Origin: Chloroflexota bacterium
GTDB taxonomy: Bacteria > Chloroflexota > Anaerolineae > Anaerolineales > E44-bin32
Length of the DNA stretch: 64,000 nt
Direction of reading: 5' to 3'
NCBI GenBank assembly: GCA_024277995.1
Contig: JAJRUD010000058.1
Coordinates: 1,410-65,409 of the forward strand
Made by a program: the position numbers and the translations under genes. Under the pieces are notes generated by a model, which ran no database searches, was not told the origin of the DNA, and worked only from the letters and a program-made list of their open reading frames with translations. The first letter of the stretch is position 1. Each line of letters starts with the position of its first letter. Below, piece after piece: positions 1 through 9,116 of the stretch.

Positions 1-2079
1 AAGCTGCCCCTCTGGGAACACGCGTGCAAGCTCCGACAGGCTCCCCTCGTCCTCGGGCTTGAGGATGAAGAGCTGTGGGCGGGTTTCGCCGGCCAGGGAC
101 TCGATCTCATTCGGCCAGAGCGCGTAGTCCTTGGTGGGCTGGCCTGCCACGATCCCCACCAGGCGTGTGTCCATCCAATACGGATAGGGAATGACGTGCG
201 CGGTGTCGTAGTTCCCGATGGAACGCGCAAAGCCGCGCACCACCTGGCCGGCCTCGCTCGTGTTCCAGGTCGTCTCGCGCAATTGTTTGCCGAAGTCCAC
301 CAGCACCAGGCGGTAGTTCACCTGGGCGGCGATGAGCAGGAATACGCCCAGCACGGCGATGCCCACCACCCGGGTATGCCAGCCCCGCCATTGTGAGCGA
401 AGCCAATCCAAGAGCGCCACGGGGGTGAGCGCGGCCAGCGTGAAGACGGGGACGATGGCGCCTGAAGCCCGGTTCAAGGCGGGGTTTTCGTTGGGAAAGG
501 CCAGGGCCAGCGTGGAAGGCAGCATCAACACCGGTATCGACACCAGCAGCAGCAGGTCCTGCCAGGTGCGACGGCGCAGGTAGCGCACCAGAGCCAGGGC
601 CACGCCCAGGTGGAAGAAGGCGCCCGTCACCCAATCCAGCGCCGGCCGGCGGGGGATGCCGACCACCCAGATCTCGCCGTCGTCCCAGGCGAACATCGCC
701 AACCCGCGCCAGACGTTCTCGAGAAAGACCATCAGCGGCATGCCCGGGATCGGACGCTCGGCTTCCGCCACGCGCGTCAACATGCGATACCAGAAGATAT
801 CCGGCATCTCGACCACCACGCGGATCAGGGGCAGCACCACAACCAGCGCCAGCAATCCGGCGCCCACCAGCCAGCCTGCCACCTGCAGGCGACCGCCCTG
901 CGCCGCCCGATGCAGCAGGAAGATGGCCACGCCGACGGCCAGTGCCAGCGGCAGGACGCGCGCCGGGGAATAGCCGTGCAGGGCGAGCCCGACGAAGACT
1001 CCCGCCAGCAGCAGGTGGTTGCGCTGTCGCAGGCGCAGGCCGCGCAGCATGTGATAGAAGGCCGGAGCGACGAAGAGCGGATAGAGCGGGAAGCGCAGCC
1101 CGACGCGGCTGATGGCGTTGGGCCAATAGGCGATGCCCGCCAGGAACAGCGCGAAGAGACCGAGCTTCTTGCCGCCGATCTCGCGCGCAAAGAGGTAGAT
1201 GTACGGCAGCGTCACGAAGCCCGCCAGTGCCGTCCCGATCTTGAGGGTCATGAAAGAAACGCCGGTGCCCAGCAGGCGTGCGGTGGCGGCCGCCAGGTAG
1301 AACTGGATCGCCTCCCGACCGGTGTTGCGGGGGAAATAGATCGAATACTTGCCCGCCAGCACGTCGACCACGTCCAGCAGCTTCTCGGCGTGATCGCTCC
1401 ACATCTCCAGCGGAACGCGGCCCAATTGCGTGAAGCGGAAGAAGGCTGCCACGCCCAGCACCGCCAGCAGCAGGAAGTGCCACCCCTCCAGCTCCAGGCG
1501 CAGGCGCGGCCTGCGACACCAGGTCAGCAGGCGTTCGCGCGTCTCCTCCAGCGTAGGGGGCGACTCCCACATGGCCATCGCCCAGGCAAAGACCGCGCCC
1601 GTCCAGGCCAGCAGGGTGATGGAGCGAAAGGTGTTGCCCGCCGAGGCCAGGTAGGTGATCAGCGCCAGGACGGCGCCCGCTGCCAGCCAGGGCAGCCGCA
1701 GTCGCAGCCCGACGAAAGGTGCACTGCGCGATTGGGGCATGAGCAGCGCGAAATCGCCCGCCCAATACGCCCAGGCGATCATGGCCGCCGCCATCAGGTA
1801 GAGCACCACGCTCCAAACCGGCTCTCCCTGGCGCCGCTCGAGCGACCGTTGGGCAAACAAGGCCAGGGCCAGGGCGAGGGGCAGGCGCAGGTGCGACGCC
1901 TCCACTCGGAGGCGCAGCGCCGCCCGCTCCCGGGCCGGGGCGGGCATCGTGATCTCGGCAGAAATGGGTGCCGGCTCATCACCCTCTGGTATGGGGATGG
2001 GCCGCAGCCTGAGCAGCGATTTGAACCAGTCTAGGACCGTGGGCTCTGAGGGTGGATGATCGCCGTCCACGCCCTCCAT
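1..2079 (-). CDS. GT-C fold membrane glycosyltransferase (GT39 / ArnT-PMT-like); C-terminus runs off the left window edge
   Basis: Absent from the ORF track because no stop lies inside the window. The minus frame whose codons end at position 1 is open from an upstream stop at 2134-2136 to the edge, with an ATG at 2077-2079. Hand translation: MEGVDGDHPPSEP...AIQFYLAAATARLLGTGVSFMTLKIGTALAGFVTLPYIYLFAREIGGKKLGLFALFLAGIAYWPNAISRVGLRFPLYPLF...YDTAHVIPYPYWMDTRLVGIVAGQPTKDYALWPNEIESLAGETRPQLFILKPEDEGS. Many hydrophobic helices. Listed ORFs 107..1816(-) and 610..2034(+) are shadow frames. Confidence 0.75.
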   Translation of the reverse strand, partial: MEGVDGDHPPSEPTVLDWFKSLLRLRPIPIPEGDEPAPISAEITMPAPARERAALRLRVEASHLRLPLALALALFAQRSLERRQGEPVWSVVLYLMAAAMIAWAYWAGDFALLMPQSRSAPFVGLRLRLPWLAAGAVLALITYLASAGNTFRSITLLAWTGAVFAWAMAMWESPPTLEETRERLLTWCRRPRLRLELEGWHFLLLAVLGVAAFFRFTQLGRVPLEMWSDHAEKLLDVVDVLAGKYSIYFPRNTGREAIQFYLAAATARLLGTGVSFMTLKIGTALAGFVTLPYIYLFAREIGGKKLGLFALFLAGIAYWPNAISRVGLRFPLYPLFVAPAFYHMLRGLRLRQRNHLLLAGVFVGLALHGYSPARVLPLALAVGVAIFLLHRAAQGGRLQVAGWLVGAGLLALVVVLPLIRVVVEMPDIFWYRMLTRVAEAERPIPGMPLMVFLENVWRGLAMFAWDDGEIWVVGIPRRPALDWVTGAFFHLGVALALVRYLRRRTWQDLLLLVSIPVLMLPSTLALAFPNENPALNRASGAIVPVFTLAALTPVALLDWLRSQWRGWHTRVVGIAVLGVFLLIAAQVNYRLVLVDFGKQLRETTWNTSEAGQVVRGFARSIGNYDTAHVIPYPYWMDTRLVGIVAGQPTKDYALWPNEIESLAGETRPQLFILKPEDEGSLSELARVFPEGQL

Positions 2080-2167
2080 CCTGGGCCTCCTGTGACTGCA
2101 CGCGGTGCCTTTTCCGATGGCAGGAGAACACGATCAACAATTCTACACGAAGGCGGGCCGTTCCGAC

Positions 2168-2950
2168 TTACCGACGGCACGCCAGGTAGAAGGTATAGGT
2201 CCCGGTATCGTCGGGCAATTCCAGATAGTATCGCCGCACCAGGCGCTCCGTCAACCAGAGATTCCAGCGCGTCGGAGCCAGGATCCATCTTCCGAACAGC
2301 CAGCGCGGCAGCAGGCACGGCGCCCCGAAGTAGTGGCCCCACTCCAGCACCCTCAACGCGCCGGGCGAGAAATAGCGCTGCGACCGCTCCAGCTCGAAGC
2401 CGGCGCTTTCCAACAGCCGTCTCCAGCCGCTCTCGTCGTACAGGTTCTTGGTGCGCGACATGCGCATGAACCAATCTTCATAGGCCCTGGCGATGCCCCC
2501 GAGGCCCATCTTCCTCAGCGCAGCCGGCAGGCTGAGCTGCGACCGATAGCCGGGGTTGGGCACGGTGAAAGCGAAGGGCGCGCCCGGCTCCAGCACCCGC
2601 GCGATCTCCGCCAGCACCTCGGCCAGATGATCGACGTGCTCGAGCACCGAATTGCTCACCGCGCTGGCGAAAGACCCGGTCGCCAGGGGAAGCCGCGCGC
2701 CGTCGGCCAGGAGCAGCATCCGATAGGCGCCGCGCCCTTTCGCCTCCAGCGTCGGCGCCATGGCCGGGTCAACACCGACGTCCAACGGGCGCTCGAAAGT
2801 CACTGAAGCGAAATGCCCATCTCCGCTGCCGACGTCGAGCACGGGGGATGGCAGTGATACCCCCTGCATGAATCGCGCCTCCACAGCCCGCAACAAGGCG
2901 CGAAAATAGGGCAGCTCCCTCAATTGGGGCCAAAGGTGGTCTGCAGTCAA
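2168..2950 (-). CDS. class I SAM-dependent methyltransferase (Methyltransf_11-like)
   Basis: 260-aa ORF with motif I VLDVGSGDGHF, then ADGARLPLATGSFASAVSNSVLEHV and LEPGAPFAFTVPN. The TTG start at 2948-2950 overlaps the TGA of the upstream GT4 gene. Confidence 0.85.
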   Translation of the reverse strand: MTADHLWPQLRELPYFRALLRAVEARFMQGVSLPSPVLDVGSGDGHFASVTFERPLDVGVDPAMAPTLEAKGRGAYRMLLLADGARLPLATGSFASAVSNSVLEHVDHLAEVLAEIARVLEPGAPFAFTVPNPGYRSQLSLPAALRKMGLGGIARAYEDWFMRMSRTKNLYDESGWRRLLESAGFELERSQRYFSPGALRVLEWGHYFGAPCLLPRWLFGRWILAPTRWNLWLTERLVRRYYLELPDDTGTYTFYLACRR

Positions 2951-4113
2951 GCCTGAGTTCTCCGACCGCGTTCTTGAAGGAGGCTCTCGAAGAGGGCCTC
3001 GTAGCGTTGCGCGATGGCCGGCGGCGCGAAGCGCTCGGCGATGGCCTGGGGATCTCCGCTGAACTTCTCCGGCTGATCCAGTACTTCCAGGATGGCCTCG
3101 GCCAGGGCGGCGCTGTCATGCGTGGGGACGATCTTCCCCATGCCCGTGGTGCGCACCGGCTGCCGCACGCCCGGCAGATCTGCAGCCACCACCGGCGTGC
3201 CGCAAATCATGGATTCGATCTGCACCAGGCCGAAGCTCTCCGTGCTGTTCAGGCTGGGCAGGACGGTCACGTCGCACACCCGGAAGAAGGAGGCCATCCC
3301 CGCCGCGTCCAGCACCCCCAGGAAAGTCCACTGGTCGGCGAAGCGCTCGAAGAGCGGCGCGAGCCGCCGCGCATAAGCTTCTTCGCCGAGCACGTTCTGG
3401 TATTGGCCGGCGAAAAGCACCTGGGCCTGAGGGTGGCGCTCCAGGATCTTCGGCAACGCCCCGAGCAGATATTCGACGCCCTTCTCCGTCGCCAGGCGGG
3501 CGGCCATGCCGATCACGGGGCTGCCGTGCACGTGCCTGGCCTTGAAGGCAGCTACCTCCTCGTCCGATGTGGCATGCACCTCCACCGGCGGGGGAATCAC
3601 CTCGAGCTTATCCAGGTAGCGGCTCAAGAAAGGGGAGTTGACGGCGTAGTCCTCGGTGTAGGCGACGACCCTGTCGCAGAAAGCTGCTGCCGTGCGATTG
3701 GCCACAACGACAACCTGATTGGCCAGCGCGTTGACGGCGCCCGCCGGGAGCAGCAGATCGCAATGGTAGGTAAGCGCGGTGGGACGCCCAAACATTCGCC
3801 CGCGGGCGGCGATGCCCGCCGCATCCAGTTGCGGCAGATGCAAGCTGATCACGTCCGCCCGCAGCACCTCACGCGTCGCTTCCAACCCGATGGTGGGCAT
3901 GACCACCCCCTTGCTCACGCGGAAAAGGACAGGCACGCGCCGCACGCGCACTCCCTGCACGGTTTCCTCGCGCGGCAGGGAGCGCTCGAACCGTGAGGTG
4001 AGCACCGTCACCTGATGGCCGCGCGCCACCAGCGCCTTCGCCAGACGCTCTACATAGATGGTCAGCCCCGAGACGTGCGGGCGGTAGTAGGTCAGGGCGA
4101 TCAATACCTTCAT
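2947..4113 (-). CDS. glycosyltransferase family 4 (GT-B)
   Basis: Listed ORF 2947..4680 trimmed to the ATG at 4111-4113 (MKVLIALTYYRPHVSGLTIYVERLAKALVARGHQVTVL...). C-terminal signature ...LPSLNSTESFGLVQIESMICGTPVVAADLPG. The ATG overlaps the TGA of the upstream gene (ATGA at 4110-4113). Confidence 0.9.
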   Translation of the reverse strand: MKVLIALTYYRPHVSGLTIYVERLAKALVARGHQVTVLTSRFERSLPREETVQGVRVRRVPVLFRVSKGVVMPTIGLEATREVLRADVISLHLPQLDAAGIAARGRMFGRPTALTYHCDLLLPAGAVNALANQVVVVANRTAAAFCDRVVAYTEDYAVNSPFLSRYLDKLEVIPPPVEVHATSDEEVAAFKARHVHGSPVIGMAARLATEKGVEYLLGALPKILERHPQAQVLFAGQYQNVLGEEAYARRLAPLFERFADQWTFLGVLDAAGMASFFRVCDVTVLPSLNSTESFGLVQIESMICGTPVVAADLPGVRQPVRTTGMGKIVPTHDSAALAEAILEVLDQPEKFSGDPQAIAERFAPPAIAQRYEALFESLLQERGRRTQA

Positions 4114-5144
4114 CGTTCCACGCTTCCGTCGCCGCGCAGCAAAGCCTGCGCCTCCCCGGCAAGTCCAAGCACCGTTTCGCCGTCGCGCGCCAGGGCAACC
4201 GCTCCCAACAGACTCATGATGCCTAGCTGCAAGCCGTGGCTGAGAACCGCCACGCCCAGCGCCACCTCGCGCGGATAGTCGAACACCATCAAGCCGGCCA
4301 CCGTCGACAACTCGTACACACCGATGGCGCCCGGAGAAGAGGGAAGCGCAGCCCCGAAGGCCGTCACGCCCAGGACGAATAGCGATACGATCGCGGTTCC
4401 CGTACTCCCGAAGGCCTTCAGCAGAAACCACAACTGCAACCAGGCCGTGCCCCAGGCGATGGTGCTCCAGAAGGCGGCCCGCGCCAATCGCCGCGGCTCC
4501 GACATCTGCCGTCCGAGCCCGCCCACAAAGGCATCCGCCAGCCGTCCCAGGCGCAACCAGCGCCTGGGCAGCTGCTCGAGCAGCCGACGCATCTGATGGC
4601 GCCGGCTCACCAGGAACAGCACCCCCGCCAGCGCGACCACCAGCGTGCCCCCAGCCGCCCAGGCCACCTGATGGGCCCAACCAGGGCTCACCACGAAGAA
4701 GAAGGCCACTATGAACCCGCTCAGGCTCACCACCACATCGATGATGCGCTCCACCAGCACCGAGGAAAGGGCCTCTGCGGCGCTGACTCGTGAGCGGCGG
4801 CTCACCATGTAGGCTCGCCCGACCTCGCCCAGGCGGAAGGGGAGCACGTTGTTCAGCAGATAACCTTCGTTGAGAGCCGAAAAGGCACGCCGCAGGGAAA
4901 CACCTTCCCCCAACAATGTCTGCCAGCTGCGCGCCCGCGCCGCCAGCCCCAGCAGGATGAGCACCGCCGCCGGCAGCAGGTAGAGGTAGTCCGCCTGCAG
5001 CAACAACTGCAGGAATCGCTCGGGCCGTACGCCCCAGAAGGCACCCGCCAGAGCAGCCGCACTCACGAGCAGGCCCAGCGCCAGCCGCGGCAGACGCCCG
5101 TCGGTCTTCACCAAGGCTTTCTCACGCACGTTCTCGAGTTCCAC
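4110..5144 (-). CDS. flippase-like multi-pass membrane protein (lysylphosphatidylglycerol-synthase TM region / UPF0104 family)
   Basis: 344-aa ORF with a GTG start and GGAGA about 11 nt upstream. Multiple hydrophobic helices. The family-typical segment is ...LNEGYLLNNVLPFRLGEVGRAYMVSRR.... Confidence 0.8.
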   Translation of the reverse strand: MELENVREKALVKTDGRLPRLALGLLVSAAALAGAFWGVRPERFLQLLLQADYLYLLPAAVLILLGLAARARSWQTLLGEGVSLRRAFSALNEGYLLNNVLPFRLGEVGRAYMVSRRSRVSAAEALSSVLVERIIDVVVSLSGFIVAFFFVVSPGWAHQVAWAAGGTLVVALAGVLFLVSRRHQMRRLLEQLPRRWLRLGRLADAFVGGLGRQMSEPRRLARAAFWSTIAWGTAWLQLWFLLKAFGSTGTAIVSLFVLGVTAFGAALPSSPGAIGVYELSTVAGLMVFDYPREVALGVAVLSHGLQLGIMSLLGAVALARDGETVLGLAGEAQALLRGDGSVER

Positions 5145-5170
5145 GATCGCGACGTCTCCAAAGCGCGGGC

Positions 5171-5179
5171 ATTATAGCA
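5171..5179 (-). promoter_or_regulatory. candidate extended -10 promoter (TGCTATAAT on minus strand) for the flippase-like/GT4/MT/GT-C genes
   Basis: The reverse complement of 5171-5179 is TGCTATAAT, a perfect -10 with a TGn extension. It lies 26 nt upstream of the GTG at 5144 in a 183-nt intergenic gap. No convincing -35. Confidence 0.35.
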
Positions 5180-5327
5180 TCGGCGCCCTTATCCGCCCGA
5201 GTCCCGTGCCAGCGGCTGAAGGTCGGCCGGCGATGCGGCGCCGTGCTCGCAGGGATGGCTGGCCAGCACGCAGCGCCACGACCTCCTCCAGCCATATGGC
5301 CGCCGCAGCGACCCTCGCGGACGCCCT

Positions 5328-6356
5328 CTAGCCCTCGAAGAGCGTCCTATTCTCGCGCACCCAGGCCACCAGCCGCCCGATCCCCTCCTCCACGCCCGTT
5401 TTCGGCACCCAGCCGAAGTCACGCTCCGCCTTGGATACGTCGGAGATGTAGATGCGCTGATCACCGGGGCGCCAATCCCCATACTGCACGGGCACCTGCC
5501 GCCCGAGCAAACGCTCCAGCAGCGGCCCGAACTCGCGCCACACCGAGAGACTGTTGGCGGGGCCGCCGCCGATGTTGTAGACCTGGCCCTGGGTCACCTC
5601 GATCTGCTCCACGGCGCGCAACATGGCTTCCACCAGATCCCCGACGTAGAGCACATCGCGCACCTGCTTGCCGTCCCCGTAGATAGTGATGGGCCTTCCC
5701 AACACCGCGGCGATGACGAACCACGCCAGCCAACCCTGATCCTCGATCCCGAATTGGCGCGGGCCATAGATGCAGGAATTGCGGAATACCACGCTGCGCA
5801 GCCCATATATGCGATGGTAGTCGCGCACGTACTGATCGGCCGCACCCTTGGAGCAGCCGTAGGGGGAGTAGAAATCCAGCGGCGTTTCCTCAGCCACGCC
5901 CCCCAGCCCGCCTGCGTAGCGGTAGCGTGTCTCCTCCTCTTCCACTCCCAGCGCATCCAGGGCACCGTAGACCTTGTTGGTGGAAGTGTAGAGCACCACC
6001 GGGTCCATGTCCAAGGAGCGCACGGCCTCGAGCACGTTGAAGGTGCCCTGGGCGTTGATTTCGAAATCGGTGCGGGGATCTTCGACGGAGGTGGTGACGG
6101 CGACCTGAGCAGCGAAGTGGAATACCGCGTCCAGGGGAGCGTGCTCGTGGAGCGCCCGCCTCAGACCCTGGGCGTCCCGAACGTCGACCTGGGCGAAGGG
6201 CAGTTCACCGTGCTGGTCCCGCAGCCAGGACAGGTTGCGTTCGCTCCCGGCGCGCGAGAGGTTGTCGAGCACGATGACCTCATGCCCTTCTCGCAGCAGG
6301 CGGTCGGCCGTGTTCGAACCGATGAAACCGGCACCGCCGGTGATGAGCACGCGCAT
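5328..6356 (-). CDS. NAD-dependent sugar-nucleotide epimerase/dehydratase (extended SDR; CDP-paratose 2-epimerase-like)
   Basis: Listed ORF 5328..6455 trimmed to the ATG at 6354-6356, which is preceded by GGAGGAGG. MRVLITGGAGFIGSNTADRLLREGHEVIVLDNLSRAGSERNLSWL...; YSPYGCSKGAADQY (YxxxK); YGDGKQVRDVLYVGDLV. Confidence 0.9.
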   Translation of the reverse strand: MRVLITGGAGFIGSNTADRLLREGHEVIVLDNLSRAGSERNLSWLRDQHGELPFAQVDVRDAQGLRRALHEHAPLDAVFHFAAQVAVTTSVEDPRTDFEINAQGTFNVLEAVRSLDMDPVVLYTSTNKVYGALDALGVEEEETRYRYAGGLGGVAEETPLDFYSPYGCSKGAADQYVRDYHRIYGLRSVVFRNSCIYGPRQFGIEDQGWLAWFVIAAVLGRPITIYGDGKQVRDVLYVGDLVEAMLRAVEQIEVTQGQVYNIGGGPANSLSVWREFGPLLERLLGRQVPVQYGDWRPGDQRIYISDVSKAERDFGWVPKTGVEEGIGRLVAWVRENRTLFEG

Positions 6357-6390
6357 GGGATTCCCTACCTCCTCCGTCCCCGCCGCCGGC

Positions 6391-8193
6391 TCAGTCCTCG
6401 TCCAGACGCAACACGGCCATGAAGGCATCCTGGGGGATGTCGACCGAGCCGACACGCTTCAGGCGCTTCTTGCCCCGCTTCTGCCGCTCGAGCAGCTTGC
6501 GCTTGCGCGTCACGTCGCCGCCGTAGCATTTGGCCAGCACGTCCTTGCGCAGGGCGCGCACGTTGGCGCGCGAGATTACCCTGCCGTTGGCTGCCGCCTG
6601 GATGGGCACGGTGAACAACTGGCGCGGGATGAGCTTTTTCAGCTTGGAGACGAGCGCCTGGCCCTTGCGATAAGCCTCATCGCGATGCACGATGAGCTCC
6701 AGGGCATCCAATGGCTCACCGTTGACCAGGATCTCCAGCTTTACCAGATCGTCGGGCCGATAGCCCGCGAAATGGTAATCGAGCGATGCGTAGCCGCGCG
6801 TGCGGGACTTCAATTGATCGTAGAAATCCACGATCATCTCCGCCAGGGGCATCTCGAAGGTCAGCACCACGCGCCCCGGAGCCGGGTATTCCTGCTCGAT
6901 GAAGTGTCCCCGCCGCTTGGTGACCAGGTCCATCACCGCGCCGTAGAATGTCTCCGGCGTGAAGACCTGGATGCGCACCCAGGGCTCGCGGATCTCGCGG
7001 ATCTCGTTGGGATCGGGCAGCTCGGCCGGCGAGTCGATGCGCCGCACCTCGCCGTTCTCCATCAACACCTCATACTCAACAGAGGGGGCCGTGGCGATCA
7101 GGTCGATCCCGTGCTCGCGTTCCAGCCGCTCCTGGATGATCTCCATGTGGAACATCCCCAGGAACCCGCAGCGGAAGCCATAATTGAGCGCCTGTGAGGT
7201 CTCGGGCTCGAAGCTCAGCGCAGCGTCGTTGAGCTGCAGCTTTTCCAGCGCATCCTTCAGATCAGCGTAATCCTCACCCTCCACGGGATAGAACCCGGCA
7301 AAGACCATAGGCTTGGGGGTGCGATAGCCGGGCAAAGGCTCGGCGGCCGGGTTGGCGGCCAGCGTCAGCGTATCGCCTACGCGGCACTCACGCACGGACT
7401 TCAGGCCGGTGGCGACGTAGCCCACCTCTCCCGCCGCCAGCGACGCCACCGGCTGCATGTCGGGGGTGAAAACGCCGATCTCCATCGGGCGCGCCTCGAC
7501 GCCGCTGGCCATCAGGTAGATATCCTGCTCAGGGCCGATGCGCCCATCCACCACGCGCACGTAGGCCACCACACCCTTGTAAGCGTCATAATGCGAGTCG
7601 AAGATCAGCGCCCGCAGGGGCTCTTCAACCTTCCCGCCCGGCGGCGGCACCTGCTCGACGACGGCCTTCAGCACCGCCTCGACGTTCGTCCCCCGCTTGG
7701 CTGAGATGCGCAGGATCTCCTCCGCGGGCGTGCCCAGCAGGCTCTGCAGCTCCTGCGCCACCTCGTCAGGCTGCGCCGCGGGCAGGTCGATCTTGTTGAT
7801 CACCGGGATGACCTCGAGGTCAGCCTCCAGCGCCAGGTACAGGTTCGCCAGCGTCTGTGCCTCCACCCCCTGGCTGGCGTCCACGACCAGCAGCGCCCCT
7901 TCGCAGGCCTCCAGCGCCCGGCTGACTTCATAGCCGAAATCCACATGGCCCGGCGTGTCGATCAGGTTCAACTCGTAGACGACGCCATCCGCGGCCTGAT
8001 AGCGCATCCGCACCGCGGAGGCTTTGATGGTCACGCCCTTCTCCCGCTCCAGGTCCATGCTGTCCAGCACTTGGTCCGTCATCTCGCGATCAGAGATGGT
8101 CCCCGTGAGCTGAAGCAGACGATCGGCCAGCGTGGACTTGCCGTGATCGATGTGGGCGATGATGCAAAAATTTCGGATGCGTGTCAGATCCAT
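6391..8193 (-). CDS. lepA: translation elongation factor 4 (LepA)
   Basis: [28 protein letters not shown]...[15 protein letters not shown]...VINKIDL, plus the LepA-specific C-terminal domain. The listed start at 8211 is a TTG; I prefer the ATG at 8191-8193. Confidence 0.95.
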   Translation of the reverse strand: MDLTRIRNFCIIAHIDHGKSTLADRLLQLTGTISDREMTDQVLDSMDLEREKGVTIKASAVRMRYQAADGVVYELNLIDTPGHVDFGYEVSRALEACEGALLVVDASQGVEAQTLANLYLALEADLEVIPVINKIDLPAAQPDEVAQELQSLLGTPAEEILRISAKRGTNVEAVLKAVVEQVPPPGGKVEEPLRALIFDSHYDAYKGVVAYVRVVDGRIGPEQDIYLMASGVEARPMEIGVFTPDMQPVASLAAGEVGYVATGLKSVRECRVGDTLTLAANPAAEPLPGYRTPKPMVFAGFYPVEGEDYADLKDALEKLQLNDAALSFEPETSQALNYGFRCGFLGMFHMEIIQERLEREHGIDLIATAPSVEYEVLMENGEVRRIDSPAELPDPNEIREIREPWVRIQVFTPETFYGAVMDLVTKRRGHFIEQEYPAPGRVVLTFEMPLAEMIVDFYDQLKSRTRGYASLDYHFAGYRPDDLVKLEILVNGEPLDALELIVHRDEAYRKGQALVSKLKKLIPRQLFTVPIQAAANGRVISRANVRALRKDVLAKCYGGDVTRKRKLLERQKRGKKRLKRVGSVDIPQDAFMAVLRLDED

Positions 8194-8253
8194 ACCGTCA
8201 CCAGGCGACAAAGGGCGGGAGTCGGCGCTCCCGCGAGGGCAAGTATACCCGAC

Positions 8254-9057
8254 TCAGGGGGCTTGTGACAGCGCCTCTGGATCCTGGCCGAAGATCTCCC
8301 CCAGCATGTCTTCGAGCGATTGCGACTCGACGCCTTTGCGGCACCACATCAGGAATTCCACGTTCCCCTTCGGCCCGACCAGCGGCGAGGGGATCAGGCC
8401 CTGGACCCCGAGCGCCTGCTCCGCAGCGGCGGCGGCCACCCCTTGCAGCACCCGGCGGTGCACCACCGGATCACGCACCACACCCCCCTTGCCCACCGCC
8501 TGCCTGCCGGCCTCAAACTGCGGCTTGACCAGGGCCACCAGATCGCCGCCCTCTTCCAGCCACGCGGCGACGCGCGGCAGCAGCAGTCGCAGCGAGATGA
8601 AGGCAGCGTCGATGGTGGCGAACTGCACCGGTTCGGGCAGCCGCTCAAGGTAGCGGGCATTGGTGCGCTCCATGAGCACCACGCGCGGGTGCTTGCGCAG
8701 GCGCCAGTGCAGCAGGCCGTGGCCAACGTCGATGGCGTAGACGCGCGCCGCGCCGTGCTGCAGCAAGCAATCGGTGAAGCCCCCCGTCGAGGAGCCCACG
8801 TCAGCGCACACGCGCCCGGCGATCTGCACGGGAAAAGCATCCAGCGCGGCGGCCAGCTTATCGCCGCCGCGCGAAACGTACCTGGGACGCTGCTGCACGA
8901 CGATGTCTGCGTCGGGCCGCACCATATCGGAGGGTTTGTGTGCCACCTGTCCGTCGGCGCGCACGAGCCCGGCCATCACCAGGCGCTGTGCCGCGCTGCG
9001 GCTCTCCGCCAGCCCGCGTGCCACCAGCAACTTATCGATCCGCTCTCGCCCTGCCAT
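8254..9057 (-). CDS. tlyA: TlyA-family rRNA (cytidine-2'-O)-methyltransferase
   Basis: S4-like N-terminus RIDKLLVARGLAESRSAAQRLVMAGLVRADGQ, followed by an FtsJ-like domain VSRGGDKLAAALDAF...CADVGSSTGGFTDCLLQHGAARVYAIDVG...LVKPQFE. Confidence 0.9.
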   Translation of the reverse strand: MAGRERIDKLLVARGLAESRSAAQRLVMAGLVRADGQVAHKPSDMVRPDADIVVQQRPRYVSRGGDKLAAALDAFPVQIAGRVCADVGSSTGGFTDCLLQHGAARVYAIDVGHGLLHWRLRKHPRVVLMERTNARYLERLPEPVQFATIDAAFISLRLLLPRVAAWLEEGGDLVALVKPQFEAGRQAVGKGGVVRDPVVHRRVLQGVAAAAAEQALGVQGLIPSPLVGPKGNVEFLMWCRKGVESQSLEDMLGEIFGQDPEALSQAP

Positions 9058-9063
9058 GCCCCC

Positions 9064-9069
9064 ATTCTA
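9064..9069 (-). promoter_or_regulatory. candidate -10 box (TAGAAT) placed for a leaderless tlyA mRNA
   Basis: The reverse complement of 9064-9069 is TAGAAT. Only 6 nt separate it from the tlyA ATG (9055-9057), and no Shine-Dalgarno fits in between. Confidence 0.4.
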
Positions 9070-9100
9070 CCTCCCATCCCTTGCCCGCCGACGCCCTTGC

Positions 9101-9109
9101 TGCTATCAT
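9101..9109 (+). promoter_or_regulatory. candidate extended -10 promoter (TGCTATCAT) placed for a leaderless UbiA-mvk-ipk mRNA
   Basis: TGC-TATCAT at 9101-9109, followed by 7 nt and then the ATG at 9117. No Shine-Dalgarno is possible. Divergent from the tlyA promoter candidate within a 59-nt gap. Confidence 0.4.
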
Positions 9110-9116
9110 CGCGGCC

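Noticed and set aside
107-2034. Long listed ORFs 107..1816(-) (569 aa) and 610..2034(+) (474 aa)
   Set aside because: Their composition is extreme in Arg, Gly, Ala, Pro and His, with no recognisable motifs. A third frame on the minus strand gives a clean polytopic GT-C protein. These are the shadow ORFs typical of high-GC DNA.
2947-4680. N-terminal extensions of listed ORFs (2947..4680, 5328..6455, 8940..9989, 9605..10942, 25097..26956, 39605..40870, 46914..48422 and others)
   Set aside because: The extensions overlap the preceding gene out of frame and are low-complexity. In each case an internal start with a Shine-Dalgarno, or an ATGA/GTGA overlap, coincides with the family-typical N-terminus.
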